Below are positions 52,549 to 60,575 of a stretch of 64,000 bases of DNA, in pieces. The DNA is from Candidatus Limnocylindrales bacterium. GTDB taxonomy: Bacteria > Chloroflexota > Limnocylindria > Limnocylindrales > CSP1-4. The notes beneath the pieces are model-generated. The model was not told the origin of the DNA and made no database searches. It worked only from the letters and a program-made list of their open reading frames with translations. The position numbers and the translations under genes were made by a program. The stretch is from assembly GCA_038248915.1 (NCBI GenBank), contig JBBRXB010000002.1, forward strand, positions 128,622 through 192,621, written 5' to 3'. The first letter of the stretch is position 1; the number at the start of each line of letters is the position of its first letter.

Positions 52549-53469
52549 ATGGGCGCAACGCACACGACTCGTCGTCTTTGGCTGGTCGCGACCCTGGCGA
52601 CCCTGGCGACGGTCGCCATCTTCGTGGTCACCATCGCGACGCGAACGGGTCAGCTCGTCGGTGAGTTGATCCTGGGCGGACGCCCGCTGGATCCCGCGGA
52701 CCTGCAGGATCTCCGTGGTGCCCTGTCCAGTCTGAATATCGGCACCCTCGTGGTCGGCGCGCTGCTCATCGGCCTCCTCGCTCTCCTGCAGGGACGACCT
52801 CGCCTGGCGCTCGGCGTCCTCGTGATCGTGGTGGCCTCGAATGTCACGACCCAGGTCCTCAAGACCGTCGTGATCGAGCGGACCGACCTGCTCGGCGGGT
52901 TGTTCTACGTGCTCCCGAACAGCTTTCCGAGCGGGCATGCGACGGCCGCGGCATCACTCGCGGCGGCCTTGATCCTCGTCATCCCACCGTCGGTCCGGGC
53001 GCCCATCGGCACGATCGCTACCCTGGTTGCGGTCGGGCTCGGTGTGGCCACCATCTCGACCGGATGGCACCGCATGGCCGATGCCCTGGGTGGCATCTTC
53101 ATCGCCGTCGCGTGGGCCGGTACCGTGGGCGCGGTCCTGGGCATGTGGCGCGGAACGGACGCGGTCGGCGGTCGCACAGCCCGTGTGTCGTGGCTGATGG
53201 CCGTGATCACCGTCGCGGTCGGCACGATCCTGTTGCTCGGTGCCGTCGGAGCCTATGTCGTCGTGGCAGCCGATCCGCTCGATGTCCTGAGCACTCTCGC
53301 CGAGCGGGGTGGGAGTCCGGCGCTCTACACCCTCGGCGTGGCCCTCACGGTGGGCGGCGGGCTGATGGCCTTCGGTGGCCTGTCGTGGGCACTCTCGGTC
53401 GGGCACCTTGACCGCACGGCCCGGCCCGCGCCGGTCGTCCCGGCGGAGGCGGCCCCGTCGTCGACCTGA
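52549..53469 (+). CDS. PAP2-superfamily membrane phosphatase
   Basis: 306 aa polytopic protein. PAP2 motifs PSGHATAAA and TGWHRMADALGG (SRx5Hx3D-type) are present. Confidence 0.75.
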   Translation: MGATHTTRRLWLVATLATLATVAIFVVTIATRTGQLVGELILGGRPLDPADLQDLRGALSSLNIGTLVVGALLIGLLALLQGRPRLALGVLVIVVASNVTTQVLKTVVIERTDLLGGLFYVLPNSFPSGHATAAASLAAALILVIPPSVRAPIGTIATLVAVGLGVATISTGWHRMADALGGIFIAVAWAGTVGAVLGMWRGTDAVGGRTARVSWLMAVITVAVGTILLLGAVGAYVVVAADPLDVLSTLAERGGSPALYTLGVALTVGGGLMAFGGLSWALSVGHLDRTARPAPVVPAEAAPSST

Positions 53470-53557
53470 TCCGAGGACCTCGGACACGATGTGCTGCGCC
53501 CATGACGAGGACCGGGTCCATCCACGGCATGATCGCCGACGTGCCACTTGGTGGTCG

Positions 53558-54088
53558 TCATCGATCATCCAGCCCATGGTCCCGACGAGCGGACGCTGGT
53601 GGCCCGTCCGGGCCGCGATCGGCCGCCTCGACGAGCGCGACCGTGATGTCCAGCAGAGCGTCGACCACGTCCGTCGATGGGACGACGGGGTGATGGGCAA
53701 GGGCGCTTGCGATGATCCGTTGCCGCAGTCGAACGATATCCGAGCGAACCGTCTCGCCCAGGTCGGTCAGTCGGACGATGGTGGCGCGGCGGTCGCTCTC
53801 GTCACGCTCGCTAGTGATGAAACCGCGACGCTCGAGGCGGCGTAGCAGCCGACTCACGGCCGGGGCGGCCGAGCCCGATAGCCGCGCGATCTCCCCGACG
53901 CGGACCCCGTCCGTCGACGACCCGATGATGACCAGGGCGCGCCATTGGATCAATGATAGCTCGACCCCGGGCCCGGCCTCGGCAAGCGACAAGGCGGTGA
54001 TGCCGACGCCCTCGACGACGAGGCCCTCGATCGCGGCGATGAGTCGTGCTGTGGATGACATCCGATGCCTTGATGACTTAGATGTCAT
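53558..54088 (-). CDS. MarR-family transcriptional regulator
   Basis: 176 aa (alternative start Met at 54061). Winged HTH: LSLIQWRALVIIGSSTDGVRVGEIARLSGSAAPAVSRLLRRLERRGFITSERDESDRRATIVRLTDLG. Confidence 0.8.
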   Translation of the reverse strand: MTSKSSRHRMSSTARLIAAIEGLVVEGVGITALSLAEAGPGVELSLIQWRALVIIGSSTDGVRVGEIARLSGSAAPAVSRLLRRLERRGFITSERDESDRRATIVRLTDLGETVRSDIVRLRQRIIASALAHHPVVPSTDVVDALLDITVALVEAADRGPDGPPASARRDHGLDDR

Positions 54089-54188
54089 ATGGTAACAGAT
54101 GCCGTGCCCGCCGCGTTCGGCGTGTCGCGCGTTCGGCGGCCGGTCGCCTGCCGAGCCGCGTCGGCGGCAGCATCCCGTTCGGCATTAG

Positions 54189-54202
54189 TTGCCGACTGGC
54201 AA
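54189..54202. promoter_or_regulatory. Inverted repeat TTGCC-N4-GGCAA in the MarR/ClC divergent intergenic region (candidate operator)
   Basis: ttgccgactggcaa read directly. It sits in a locally AT-richer stretch about 10 nt upstream of the ClC ATG 54213. There is no experimental or comparative support. Confidence 0.25.
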
Positions 54203-54212
54203 GTTATTGGAT

Positions 54213-56288
54213 ATGCTGGTATCGATGGCTTCTCCGACCCTCGTCCGCCTGCGCCGTCGCGTCCGGACCACCGCCTACCTCCGGAAGTGGGTGCTGCTGG
54301 GGGCCGTCATCGGCGTCATCGCCGGACTCGGCGCCGCGGCGTTCTTCATCGCCCTGGACCTCTCGACGCGGTTCTTCCTGGGGGTCCTGGCGGCCTTCCA
54401 GCCGGCTTCGCCGGTCGGCGAAGGCGGCAGGCCCATAGTGGATCTTGCCAATCCGTGGGTGCTCCCCTTGATCGTCGGTCTGGGCGGACTGCTGTCGGGG
54501 ATCATCGTGTTCCGGCTGGCTCCCGAGGCGGAGGGTCACGGCACCGACGCGGCGATCGGCGCGTTCCACCATGGCCCCCGCGGCGTTCGGGCCAGGATCC
54601 CGATCGTCAAGCTGGTCGCGTCGGCGATCACCATCGGGTCGGGCGGCTCGGGCGGACGCGAAGGCCCGACGGCCCAGATCGGGGCCGGGTTCGGCTCGTA
54701 CCTGGCGCGGTTGCTCGATCTCGACGCACGTGATGCGCGGATCGCAGTGGCGTCCGGGATGGCCGCCGGGATCGGGGCGATCTTTCGGGCGCCCCTGGGC
54801 GGCGCCGTCCTCGGCGCGGAGATCCCGTACCGCGAGGATGTCGAGTCCGAGGCGCTCGTCCCGTCGTTCGTCGCATCGGTCGTCGCGTTCTCGGTCTTCG
54901 GCGCGATCATCGGCTTCTCGCCGATCTTCGGACGGGTCGTCGGGGCGGGCTTCGAGGACCCGCGCCAGCTCGTCTACTACGCGCTGATCGGGATCATGGC
55001 CGGACTCGTCGGCCGCCTCTACATCGCCTCGTTCTACGGCCTCACCGATCGGTTCCACGACCTGGCCATCCCGCGTGAGCTCAAGCCGGCGATCGGCGGC
55101 TTCATGGTGGGGTGCATCGCGATCGTCCTGCCGGGGGTCCTCGGCACAGGCTACGGATGGGTGCAGGCCGGTCTGGATCGGCACGTGCTGCTCGGCATCC
55201 CGCTCTGGGTGATCCTCGTCCTGCCCTTCGCGAAGATCCTCGCGACGTCGCTATCGATCGGTTCGGGCGGTTCGGGTGGCATCTTCGGGCCAGGCATGGT
55301 CATCGGCGGCCTGCTCGGGGCCGGGCTGTGGCGCCTCCTCGAACCATTTGCCCCGGCGGTCCCCCTGGATCCCGCCCCGTTCGTGATCGTGTCCATGATG
55401 GCGCTGTTCGGCAGCGTGGCGCACGCGCCGCTCGCGGTGATGCTGATGGTCGCGGAGATGACCGACAACCTGGCCATGCTCGCGCCGGCGATGATCGCCA
55501 TCGGCATCGCCACCCTGATCGTGGGCGACCGAACCATCTACCGGAGTCAGGTCAAGAGCCGGGCCGAGTCGCCGGCGCATCGGTTCCGGTTCGCGATGCC
55601 GCTCATGGCGTCGATCCCGTCCGGTGACGCAGCGCGAGCGCCCCTGCTCGTTCTGCGGCCCGGGACCACTGCGGCGGAGGCCCGGGTCGCTCTGGTCGCG
55701 AATCACTTGCCTGGGGCGCCCGTCGTGGACGCGTCCGGCGTGTTCCGCGGTGTCGTCTCGTCCGAGGCAGTCGACCACGCGGACGATTCGGCGACGGTGC
55801 GCGAGCTCATGGTGCGGGGACCGACCGTCTCGCCGGACGACGGACTCGATGACGCGCTGGGCGTCCTCGCCGACCAGCATGCGCACTGGGCTCCGGTGGT
55901 GGCCGACGACCACCTCATCGGCATCATCTCGTCGCGCGACGTGATGCGCGCCTATCGGACGGGTCTGGCCGGCAACGTCCGGCAGGTCCGTGGGGTGGGG
56001 GCGGAAGGGATCCTGCTGGAGGCGGACCTGGGGGCTGATTCGAGCATCGCCGGCAAGACCGTCGCGGCTGCCCCCTGGCCCCAGGACGTCATCCTCGTCG
56101 CCATCCAGCGTGATGGTGCGCTGATCGTGCCGAGCGGCGCGGTGACACTCAAGGTCGGGGACCGACTCTCGATGTTCGCCGCGCCGGGTTCGGCGCCTGC
56201 CGCGCGCGCCCTCCTCGGGACCCAGCTGCCGGGCTCGAGCGATGCAGCTGAGCCCGTGGCGACTGATCTGCCCGCCGATGCCGAGTAG
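54213..56288 (+). CDS. ClC-family chloride channel / H+-Cl- antiporter with C-terminal CBS pair and RCK_C (TrkA-C) domain
   Basis: Track ORF 54189..56288 (TTG); I favour ATG 54213 or 54225. ClC selectivity motifs GSGGSGGREGP (with the gating Glu) and GGIFGPGMVIG. CBS-like segments follow (...VVDASGVFRGVVSSEAV..., ...PVVADDHLIGIISSRDVMRAY). The C-terminal IAGKTVAAAPWPQDVILVAIQRDGALIVPSGAVTLKVGDRLSMF is RCK_C-like. Confidence 0.85.
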   Translation: MLVSMASPTLVRLRRRVRTTAYLRKWVLLGAVIGVIAGLGAAAFFIALDLSTRFFLGVLAAFQPASPVGEGGRPIVDLANPWVLPLIVGLGGLLSGIIVFRLAPEAEGHGTDAAIGAFHHGPRGVRARIPIVKLVASAITIGSGGSGGREGPTAQIGAGFGSYLARLLDLDARDARIAVASGMAAGIGAIFRAPLGGAVLGAEIPYREDVESEALVPSFVASVVAFSVFGAIIGFSPIFGRVVGAGFEDPRQLVYYALIGIMAGLVGRLYIASFYGLTDRFHDLAIPRELKPAIGGFMVGCIAIVLPGVLGTGYGWVQAGLDRHVLLGIPLWVILVLPFAKILATSLSIGSGGSGGIFGPGMVIGGLLGAGLWRLLEPFAPAVPLDPAPFVIVSMMALFGSVAHAPLAVMLMVAEMTDNLAMLAPAMIAIGIATLIVGDRTIYRSQVKSRAESPAHRFRFAMPLMASIPSGDAARAPLLVLRPGTTAAEARVALVANHLPGAPVVDASGVFRGVVSSEAVDHADDSATVRELMVRGPTVSPDDGLDDALGVLADQHAHWAPVVADDHLIGIISSRDVMRAYRTGLAGNVRQVRGVGAEGILLEADLGADSSIAGKTVAAAPWPQDVILVAIQRDGALIVPSGAVTLKVGDRLSMFAAPGSAPAARALLGTQLPGSSDAAEPVATDLPADAE

Positions 56289-56319
56289 AATCGAGTCGAC
56301 GACCCGTGCGAGGATCCGT

Positions 56320-56808
56320 GTGTCCGATAACGACCTCCTCGATGCCATCGAGTTGATCATCGTCGCCGGAGTCGCGATGACGAACGCTGCCATCTCGCGC
56401 GCCGAGGACGGACGCGAGTTGACCTTTCCGCAGTGGCGTGTGCTGGTCGTGCTATCCGACCCGGACGGTCTGCCCGTTGCGGAGGTGGCCCGGCGCATCG
56501 ACGTCACCCTGCCGGCGACCGGGCGTCAGCTTCGACGACTGGCACATCGAGGGCTCGTCGTGCTTGAGCCGGATGGCCGCGACAGGCGGGTCACGCGCGT
56601 CCGTCTCACCGACGCCGGCCTGACCGTACGGGCACGGATCATCGGAGAACGACGCGCCGCCATCGGCCGCTCCGTCGCAGAACTGACGCTCACCCGCTCG
56701 GCCGTCCGTGACGTCGGTCGAGTCGGGGCTGCTCTCTCGGTCCACCGCGCGGCGACGTCCTCGCGTCCGGCAGCGGCGGCGCACCGATCGTCGCGCGCGG
56801 GGCCCTGA
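56320..56808 (+). CDS. MarR-family transcriptional regulator
   Basis: In-frame GTG 56320 within track ORF 56242..56808. LTFPQWRVLVVLSDPDGLPVAEVARRIDVTLPATGRQLRRLAHRGLVVLEPDGRDRRVTRVRLTDAG. Confidence 0.8.
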   Translation: MSDNDLLDAIELIIVAGVAMTNAAISRAEDGRELTFPQWRVLVVLSDPDGLPVAEVARRIDVTLPATGRQLRRLAHRGLVVLEPDGRDRRVTRVRLTDAGLTVRARIIGERRAAIGRSVAELTLTRSAVRDVGRVGAALSVHRAATSSRPAAAAHRSSRAGP

Positions 56809-56901
56809 ACCGCCTGCCAGCCGGTCGGGGCCTCAAGTGATCGAGTCGCCGTCGCCGGCCGATAGCGCTCGAGCCGATGGATGGGTGTTCGGGCAGTGTC
56901 A

Positions 56902-57360
56902 CTATGCCGAGCGTTGCTCCAGGATCTCGCCCCCACGGTCGGCCATGAGCAGCTCTCGTCGACGCAGGTGGCTGAGTTCGTACCACGACAGCGTCGCGCG
57001 GTTGATCGCGCTCGGGCTCACGTCCGGGCCACGCGCGATGACCGACGCCCGGACCGCGGCGCTCACGAGGACGGCGGTCACCTTGGCGGCGATCACCGCC
57101 GGCGCGTCGGCCGCCAGGCAGGCCGCCGTCTCGATATCGCCCGCACGTGCCAGCGCCGCAAAGACGAAGGCATCTGCGTATTCGGTCGACAGCAGGCTGG
57201 CCCCGGACAGCAGCAGCGCATGGGCCGCCTCGGTCGCGCCGAGGTTGGCGCCATCCGCGTTGCGGAGCGGGATCTCGCGGCCGTCGAAGCCGCGGAGCGG
57301 CAGACCGAGGCGAAGGCGCTCGGCGAGTAATGGCAGGTCGTCGGTGGCGTCGGGGTACAT
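56902..57360 (-). CDS. Hypothetical protein (152 aa, Ala-rich helical)
   Basis: Track ORF MYPDATDDLPLLAERLRLGLPLRGFDGREIPLRNADGANLGATEAAHALLLSG... It lies downstream of dapD on the same strand. No family recognised. Confidence 0.5.
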   Translation of the reverse strand: MYPDATDDLPLLAERLRLGLPLRGFDGREIPLRNADGANLGATEAAHALLLSGASLLSTEYADAFVFAALARAGDIETAACLAADAPAVIAAKVTAVLVSAAVRASVIARGPDVSPSAINRATLSWYELSHLRRRELLMADRGGEILEQRSA

Positions 57361-57459
57361 CGGGCGGCGATCCTTCGAACGGGCACGGCCTAAGAGCCGA
57401 ACCCCCCGACCATACGAGTCGCCGGTAGCGATGCGGTGGACGGAACGATGAAGAACTCG

Positions 57460-58281
57460 CTATCGGAGCGCCTCCTCGAGGGCGACCCGGGCGGCGGTCC
57501 CGGCGTCGCGGTCCTTGACCAGCAACGCGACCGAGGTGGACAGTCCATGGCCGGCCGCGAACGACCCTGGGAGCGTCCGGGAGCCCGGCACGACGACCGC
57601 GCCCGCGGGCACGACCAAGGGCGCTTCGGTCGTGCCGACGAGGACCTGGCCGCGGACCAGGTCATAGACCCGCGACGTGCCGGTCAGGATCACACCGGCC
57701 CCGATGACCGCGCCACGCCAGACCAGCACGCCCTCGAGCAGGGCGCTCCCGGCGCCGATGAACGCGTCGTCCTCCACGATGACCGGGCGAGCGCCCGGCG
57801 GCTCGAGCACACCGCCGATCGTCACGCCGGCGGCAAGATGGACGCGCGCCCCGATCTGGGCGCACGACCCGACGAGCACGTGCGAATCGACCATCGTGTC
57901 GGGGCCGATCCAGGCGCCGACATTGACGTACGACGGCGGCATGACCACGACGCCATCGCCCAGGTGGGCGCCACGCCGGACGGCCGTGCCGCCGGGCACG
58001 ATCCGCCACGGACCACCGGCAAGGTCATGCCGCGGTGGAACCCCGGCACGGTCGCGGAACTGGAGCGGTCCGGCGGCCGAGTCGACCGTCGTCCGGTCCG
58101 CGAAACAGGCCAGGATCGCGGTCTTGACGTCCGTGTGGACCCGCCAACCGGAGGGCGCGGTCGGGTCGGGCTCCGCGGCTCGCAGCCTGCCGCGCTCGAG
58201 GTCGGCCAGCAAGGTCGCCGGATCGATGGCCGGCGATGAGGAGGCCGCCCCGTCGATCGCGAGGATCGTCTCGGCGCTCAC
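57460..58281 (-). CDS. dapD: 2,3,4,5-tetrahydropyridine-2,6-dicarboxylate N-succinyltransferase (actinobacterial type)
   Basis: 273 aa with left-handed beta-helix hexapeptide repeats (GAHLGDGVVVMP, NVGAWIGPDTMVDSHVLVGSCAQIGARVHLAAGVTIGG, VIVEDDAFIGAGSALLEGVLV). Its start overlaps the dapA stop. Confidence 0.85.
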   Translation of the reverse strand: MSAETILAIDGAASSSPAIDPATLLADLERGRLRAAEPDPTAPSGWRVHTDVKTAILACFADRTTVDSAAGPLQFRDRAGVPPRHDLAGGPWRIVPGGTAVRRGAHLGDGVVVMPPSYVNVGAWIGPDTMVDSHVLVGSCAQIGARVHLAAGVTIGGVLEPPGARPVIVEDDAFIGAGSALLEGVLVWRGAVIGAGVILTGTSRVYDLVRGQVLVGTTEAPLVVPAGAVVVPGSRTLPGSFAAGHGLSTSVALLVKDRDAGTAARVALEEALR

Positions 58282-59297
58282 GCCACCGCCTCTTCGGTCG
58301 CGGTCCGGACCGGCGACGTGGCATGGGCGATCCGTCCACCGGTCGCCTCGACCAGGCCGAGCTGCCGAAGCGTGGCGGCCATCGCGGCGATACCCGCCGG
58401 CGCCAGCGGCAGGAGCGGCGCCCGGACCATGTCGGATCCGAGCAGGCCCATGAGCCGGAGCGCGGCCTTCGCGGGGACCGGGTTCGGAGCGCCGCGGAAG
58501 TTGGCGAGGAACAGCGGTAGCCAGCGGTCGTGGGTCCGCCGGGCAGTGTCCCAGTCACCGGCGCCGGCCGCGGCACAAAGCGCGGCGAGCTCGCCCGGGA
58601 TCTCGTTCGACGCCACCGAGATGACCCCATCGCCGCCCATCGCCAGGATCGGCAGGGTCCACGCGTCGTCCTCGGCCAGCACCGCGACGTCGCGTGGCCG
58701 ATCGCGACAGAGCCGGGCGATCTGCTCGAGGTTCCCGCTGGCCTCCTTGATGGCGACGATGCGCGGGTGCTCGGCCAGCCGCAGGAACGTGTCGGCATCG
58801 ACGTTGGTGCCGGTCCGCGACGGGACGTTGTAGACGACGATGGGGAGGTCGCCCTCGTCGGCGATCGCCCGGAAATGCGCCTCGAGCATCCGGTCATCCG
58901 GCCGGTTGTAGTACGGGGCGACGACCAGCGCCGCGTCGGCTCCCAGCTCCGCCGCGCGACGGGTGGCCCGGACGGTCGCGGCGGTGTCGTTCGTGCCGGT
59001 CCCGGCGACGACCCGGATACGGTCGCGTGAGGGTCGCTCGGCGGCGACCTCGATGGTCGCGGCGATGAGCCACTCACGCTCATCGGCGGACAACGTGGGC
59101 GTCTCGCCGGTCGTCCCGCATGGCACAAGCCCGTCGATGCCGGCCAGGATCTGCCACCGGACGAGCCGCCGGAAGGCCTCCTGGTCGAGGCTGCCATCGT
59201 CCCGGAACGGGGTGACGAGGGCGGTGAAGGCCCCGCGCAGCCTGAGGCGGCGGGTCCGGTCGGTTTGGTCGAGACGGTTCTGCGTGGTCGGTGTCAT
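58278..59297 (-). CDS. dapA: 4-hydroxy-tetrahydrodipicolinate synthase
   Basis: 339 aa: GAFTALVTPFRDDGSLDQEAFRRLVRWQILAGIDGLVPCGTTGE...VVAGTGTNDT...VVAPYYNRP...IVVYNVPSRTG...IVAIKEASG (Schiff-base Lys). Confidence 0.9.
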   Translation of the reverse strand: MTPTTQNRLDQTDRTRRLRLRGAFTALVTPFRDDGSLDQEAFRRLVRWQILAGIDGLVPCGTTGETPTLSADEREWLIAATIEVAAERPSRDRIRVVAGTGTNDTAATVRATRRAAELGADAALVVAPYYNRPDDRMLEAHFRAIADEGDLPIVVYNVPSRTGTNVDADTFLRLAEHPRIVAIKEASGNLEQIARLCRDRPRDVAVLAEDDAWTLPILAMGGDGVISVASNEIPGELAALCAAAGAGDWDTARRTHDRWLPLFLANFRGAPNPVPAKAALRLMGLLGSDMVRAPLLPLAPAGIAAMAATLRQLGLVEATGGRIAHATSPVRTATEEAVA

Positions 59298-59309
59298 CGG
59301 TCGGTCCTT

Positions 59310-60044
59310 TCAGGCAGCGATGGGCTGACGAGCGATGAGCTCGTCGACGATGGGGTCGAAGGTGTGGATCCCTGGTTCCCGCGAGGCCCGAGTGAGCCAA
59401 CCGCTGGCGGCGAGGATCCCGGTCGCGTAGGCGGACCGATCTCGCGCAGTCAGGCGCAGCTCGATCGTCTCGCCCGGGGCGTCGAACCCGACCAGGTGCA
59501 TGCCCGGTGATGCGCCGGCACGGAGCGAGGCGACTTCGAGGGCATGTCCGTCACCGAGCCGCGGATGACCGGCGATGATCCGGGTCGCCAGGTCGATGGC
59601 CGTTCCGGACGGTCTGTCGCGCTTGGAGCGGCGATGCCACTCGAGAAGGTACGGGTCGAACTCGCTCAGCGGTCCGAACAACGCCACGGCAGCGTCCACC
59701 AACCGGCCGAACAGCACGACGCCGAGACTGAAGTTGGTGGCCACCACCGCCGCGGCGCCATGGTCCTCGAGACGCTGCTCCACGCTCGCGCGGTCGGCGG
59801 TCCAGCCGGTCGTGGCGATCACGAACCGGCGGCAGCCGGCGTCGAGCGCCGCTGTCACGTTCGAGACGACCGCATCCCCGCGCGACGCGTCGACGACCAC
59901 GTCGGTGCCCATCAACTGCGACGGGTCGTGACGCCCCCCGGGCGGCCGCCCGAGGACGCGCGGGGCGAGGCCTCCGGTGGCCCGTGCCGCGATCTCGACC
60001 GCGCGGCCCAGCCCGCCATCGCCGAGGATGAGGATCGTGTCCAT
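59310..60044 (-). CDS. dapB: 4-hydroxy-tetrahydrodipicolinate reductase
   Basis: Track ORF 59310..60062; I favour Met at 60044 (MDTILILGDGGLGRAV, with GGAAGGG 8-14 nt upstream). Contains VVATNFSLGV and the EWHRRSKRDRPSGTA substrate-binding signature. Confidence 0.85.
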   Translation of the reverse strand: MDTILILGDGGLGRAVEIAARATGGLAPRVLGRPPGGRHDPSQLMGTDVVVDASRGDAVVSNVTAALDAGCRRFVIATTGWTADRASVEQRLEDHGAAAVVATNFSLGVVLFGRLVDAAVALFGPLSEFDPYLLEWHRRSKRDRPSGTAIDLATRIIAGHPRLGDGHALEVASLRAGASPGMHLVGFDAPGETIELRLTARDRSAYATGILAASGWLTRASREPGIHTFDPIVDELIARQPIAA

Positions 60045-60105
60045 GTCGTTGGTCCCTTCCATCGATGGTCAAGGGGCCGCCGGTCGGGAGGTTCGTCAGG
60101 GCATG

Positions 60106-60137
60106 AAAAAACCGCGGTCACCGAGATGGTGCCGCGG
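60106..60137 (-). terminator. Intrinsic terminator in the dapB 5' leader (candidate attenuator terminator)
   Basis: The minus-strand RNA reads CCGCGGCACC-AUCUC-GGUG(A)CCGCGG followed by UUUUUU: a 10-bp GC stem with one bulged A and a 6-U tract. It lies 44-62 nt upstream of the dapB start. No protein gene lies upstream on that strand except the 26-codon ORF below. Confidence 0.6.
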
Positions 60138-60191
60138 CCCCTGGAGCCTCCGTTCCCTGGAGGCCCCGGATCGTCGTCGTGGACGCGCCGG

Positions 60192-60272
60192 CTAGTGCCC
60201 CAGGGCCCGTGCCTCCCGGCAGGGCCGCCAGAGCTTCTTCTTGGACTCGTCCGAGAAGGTGCGGCGGTTCAT
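60192..60272 (-). CDS. 26-codon leader ORF with three consecutive Lys codons (candidate leader peptide)
   Basis: My translation: ATG 60272 ... MNRRTFSDESKKKLWRPCREARALGH-TAG (60194..60192), with Lys codons AAG AAG AAG. No obvious Shine-Dalgarno. It is the tail of a 303-aa track ORF that is otherwise antisense to the M23 gene. Confidence 0.35.
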   Translation of the reverse strand: MNRRTFSDESKKKLWRPCREARALGH

Positions 60273-60383
60273 GCTGCAATCTTTGCGCATCCGGACTGGA
60301 TGATGCAACCCCAGGATTCGCAGCGAGCGGCTGCCGCGCGGTCCGGTTTGCGTCCGGGCGCCGTGGGTGATACACAACGCCGG

Positions 60384-60557
60384 ATGTCCGAACATCCGAC
60401 ACGATCCCGACGGTCGCGCCTGCTCGTCCCGCTCGGCCTCGCCTTCGTCATGGTCGGCATCGGGTCCGTTGCGGCCGGGGTGAGCCCGTCCCCGCTGATG
60501 GATCGCGACGGCCAGGTCGCCGGGGCGCGCGACATCGTCGGCGGCGCCGGGGCCTAG
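60384..60557 (+). CDS. N-terminal signal-anchor segment, apparently the detached N-terminus of the M23 peptidase (ends at an in-frame TAG)
   Basis: ATG 60384: MSEHPTRSRRSRLLVPLGLAFVMVGIGSVAAGVSPSPLMDRDGQVAGARDIVGGAGA-TAG. It is in the same reading frame as the ORF starting at 60576. Confidence 0.45.
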   Translation: MSEHPTRSRRSRLLVPLGLAFVMVGIGSVAAGVSPSPLMDRDGQVAGARDIVGGAGA

Positions 60558-60575
60558 TCGGGTGGAGGCACGGCC

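Noticed and set aside
60063-60383. L-box (lysine) riboswitch upstream of dapB
   Set aside because: I could not find the conserved L-box core elements by eye, and the region is too short and differently organised. A leader ORF plus terminator explains it better. An Rfam scan is still advisable.
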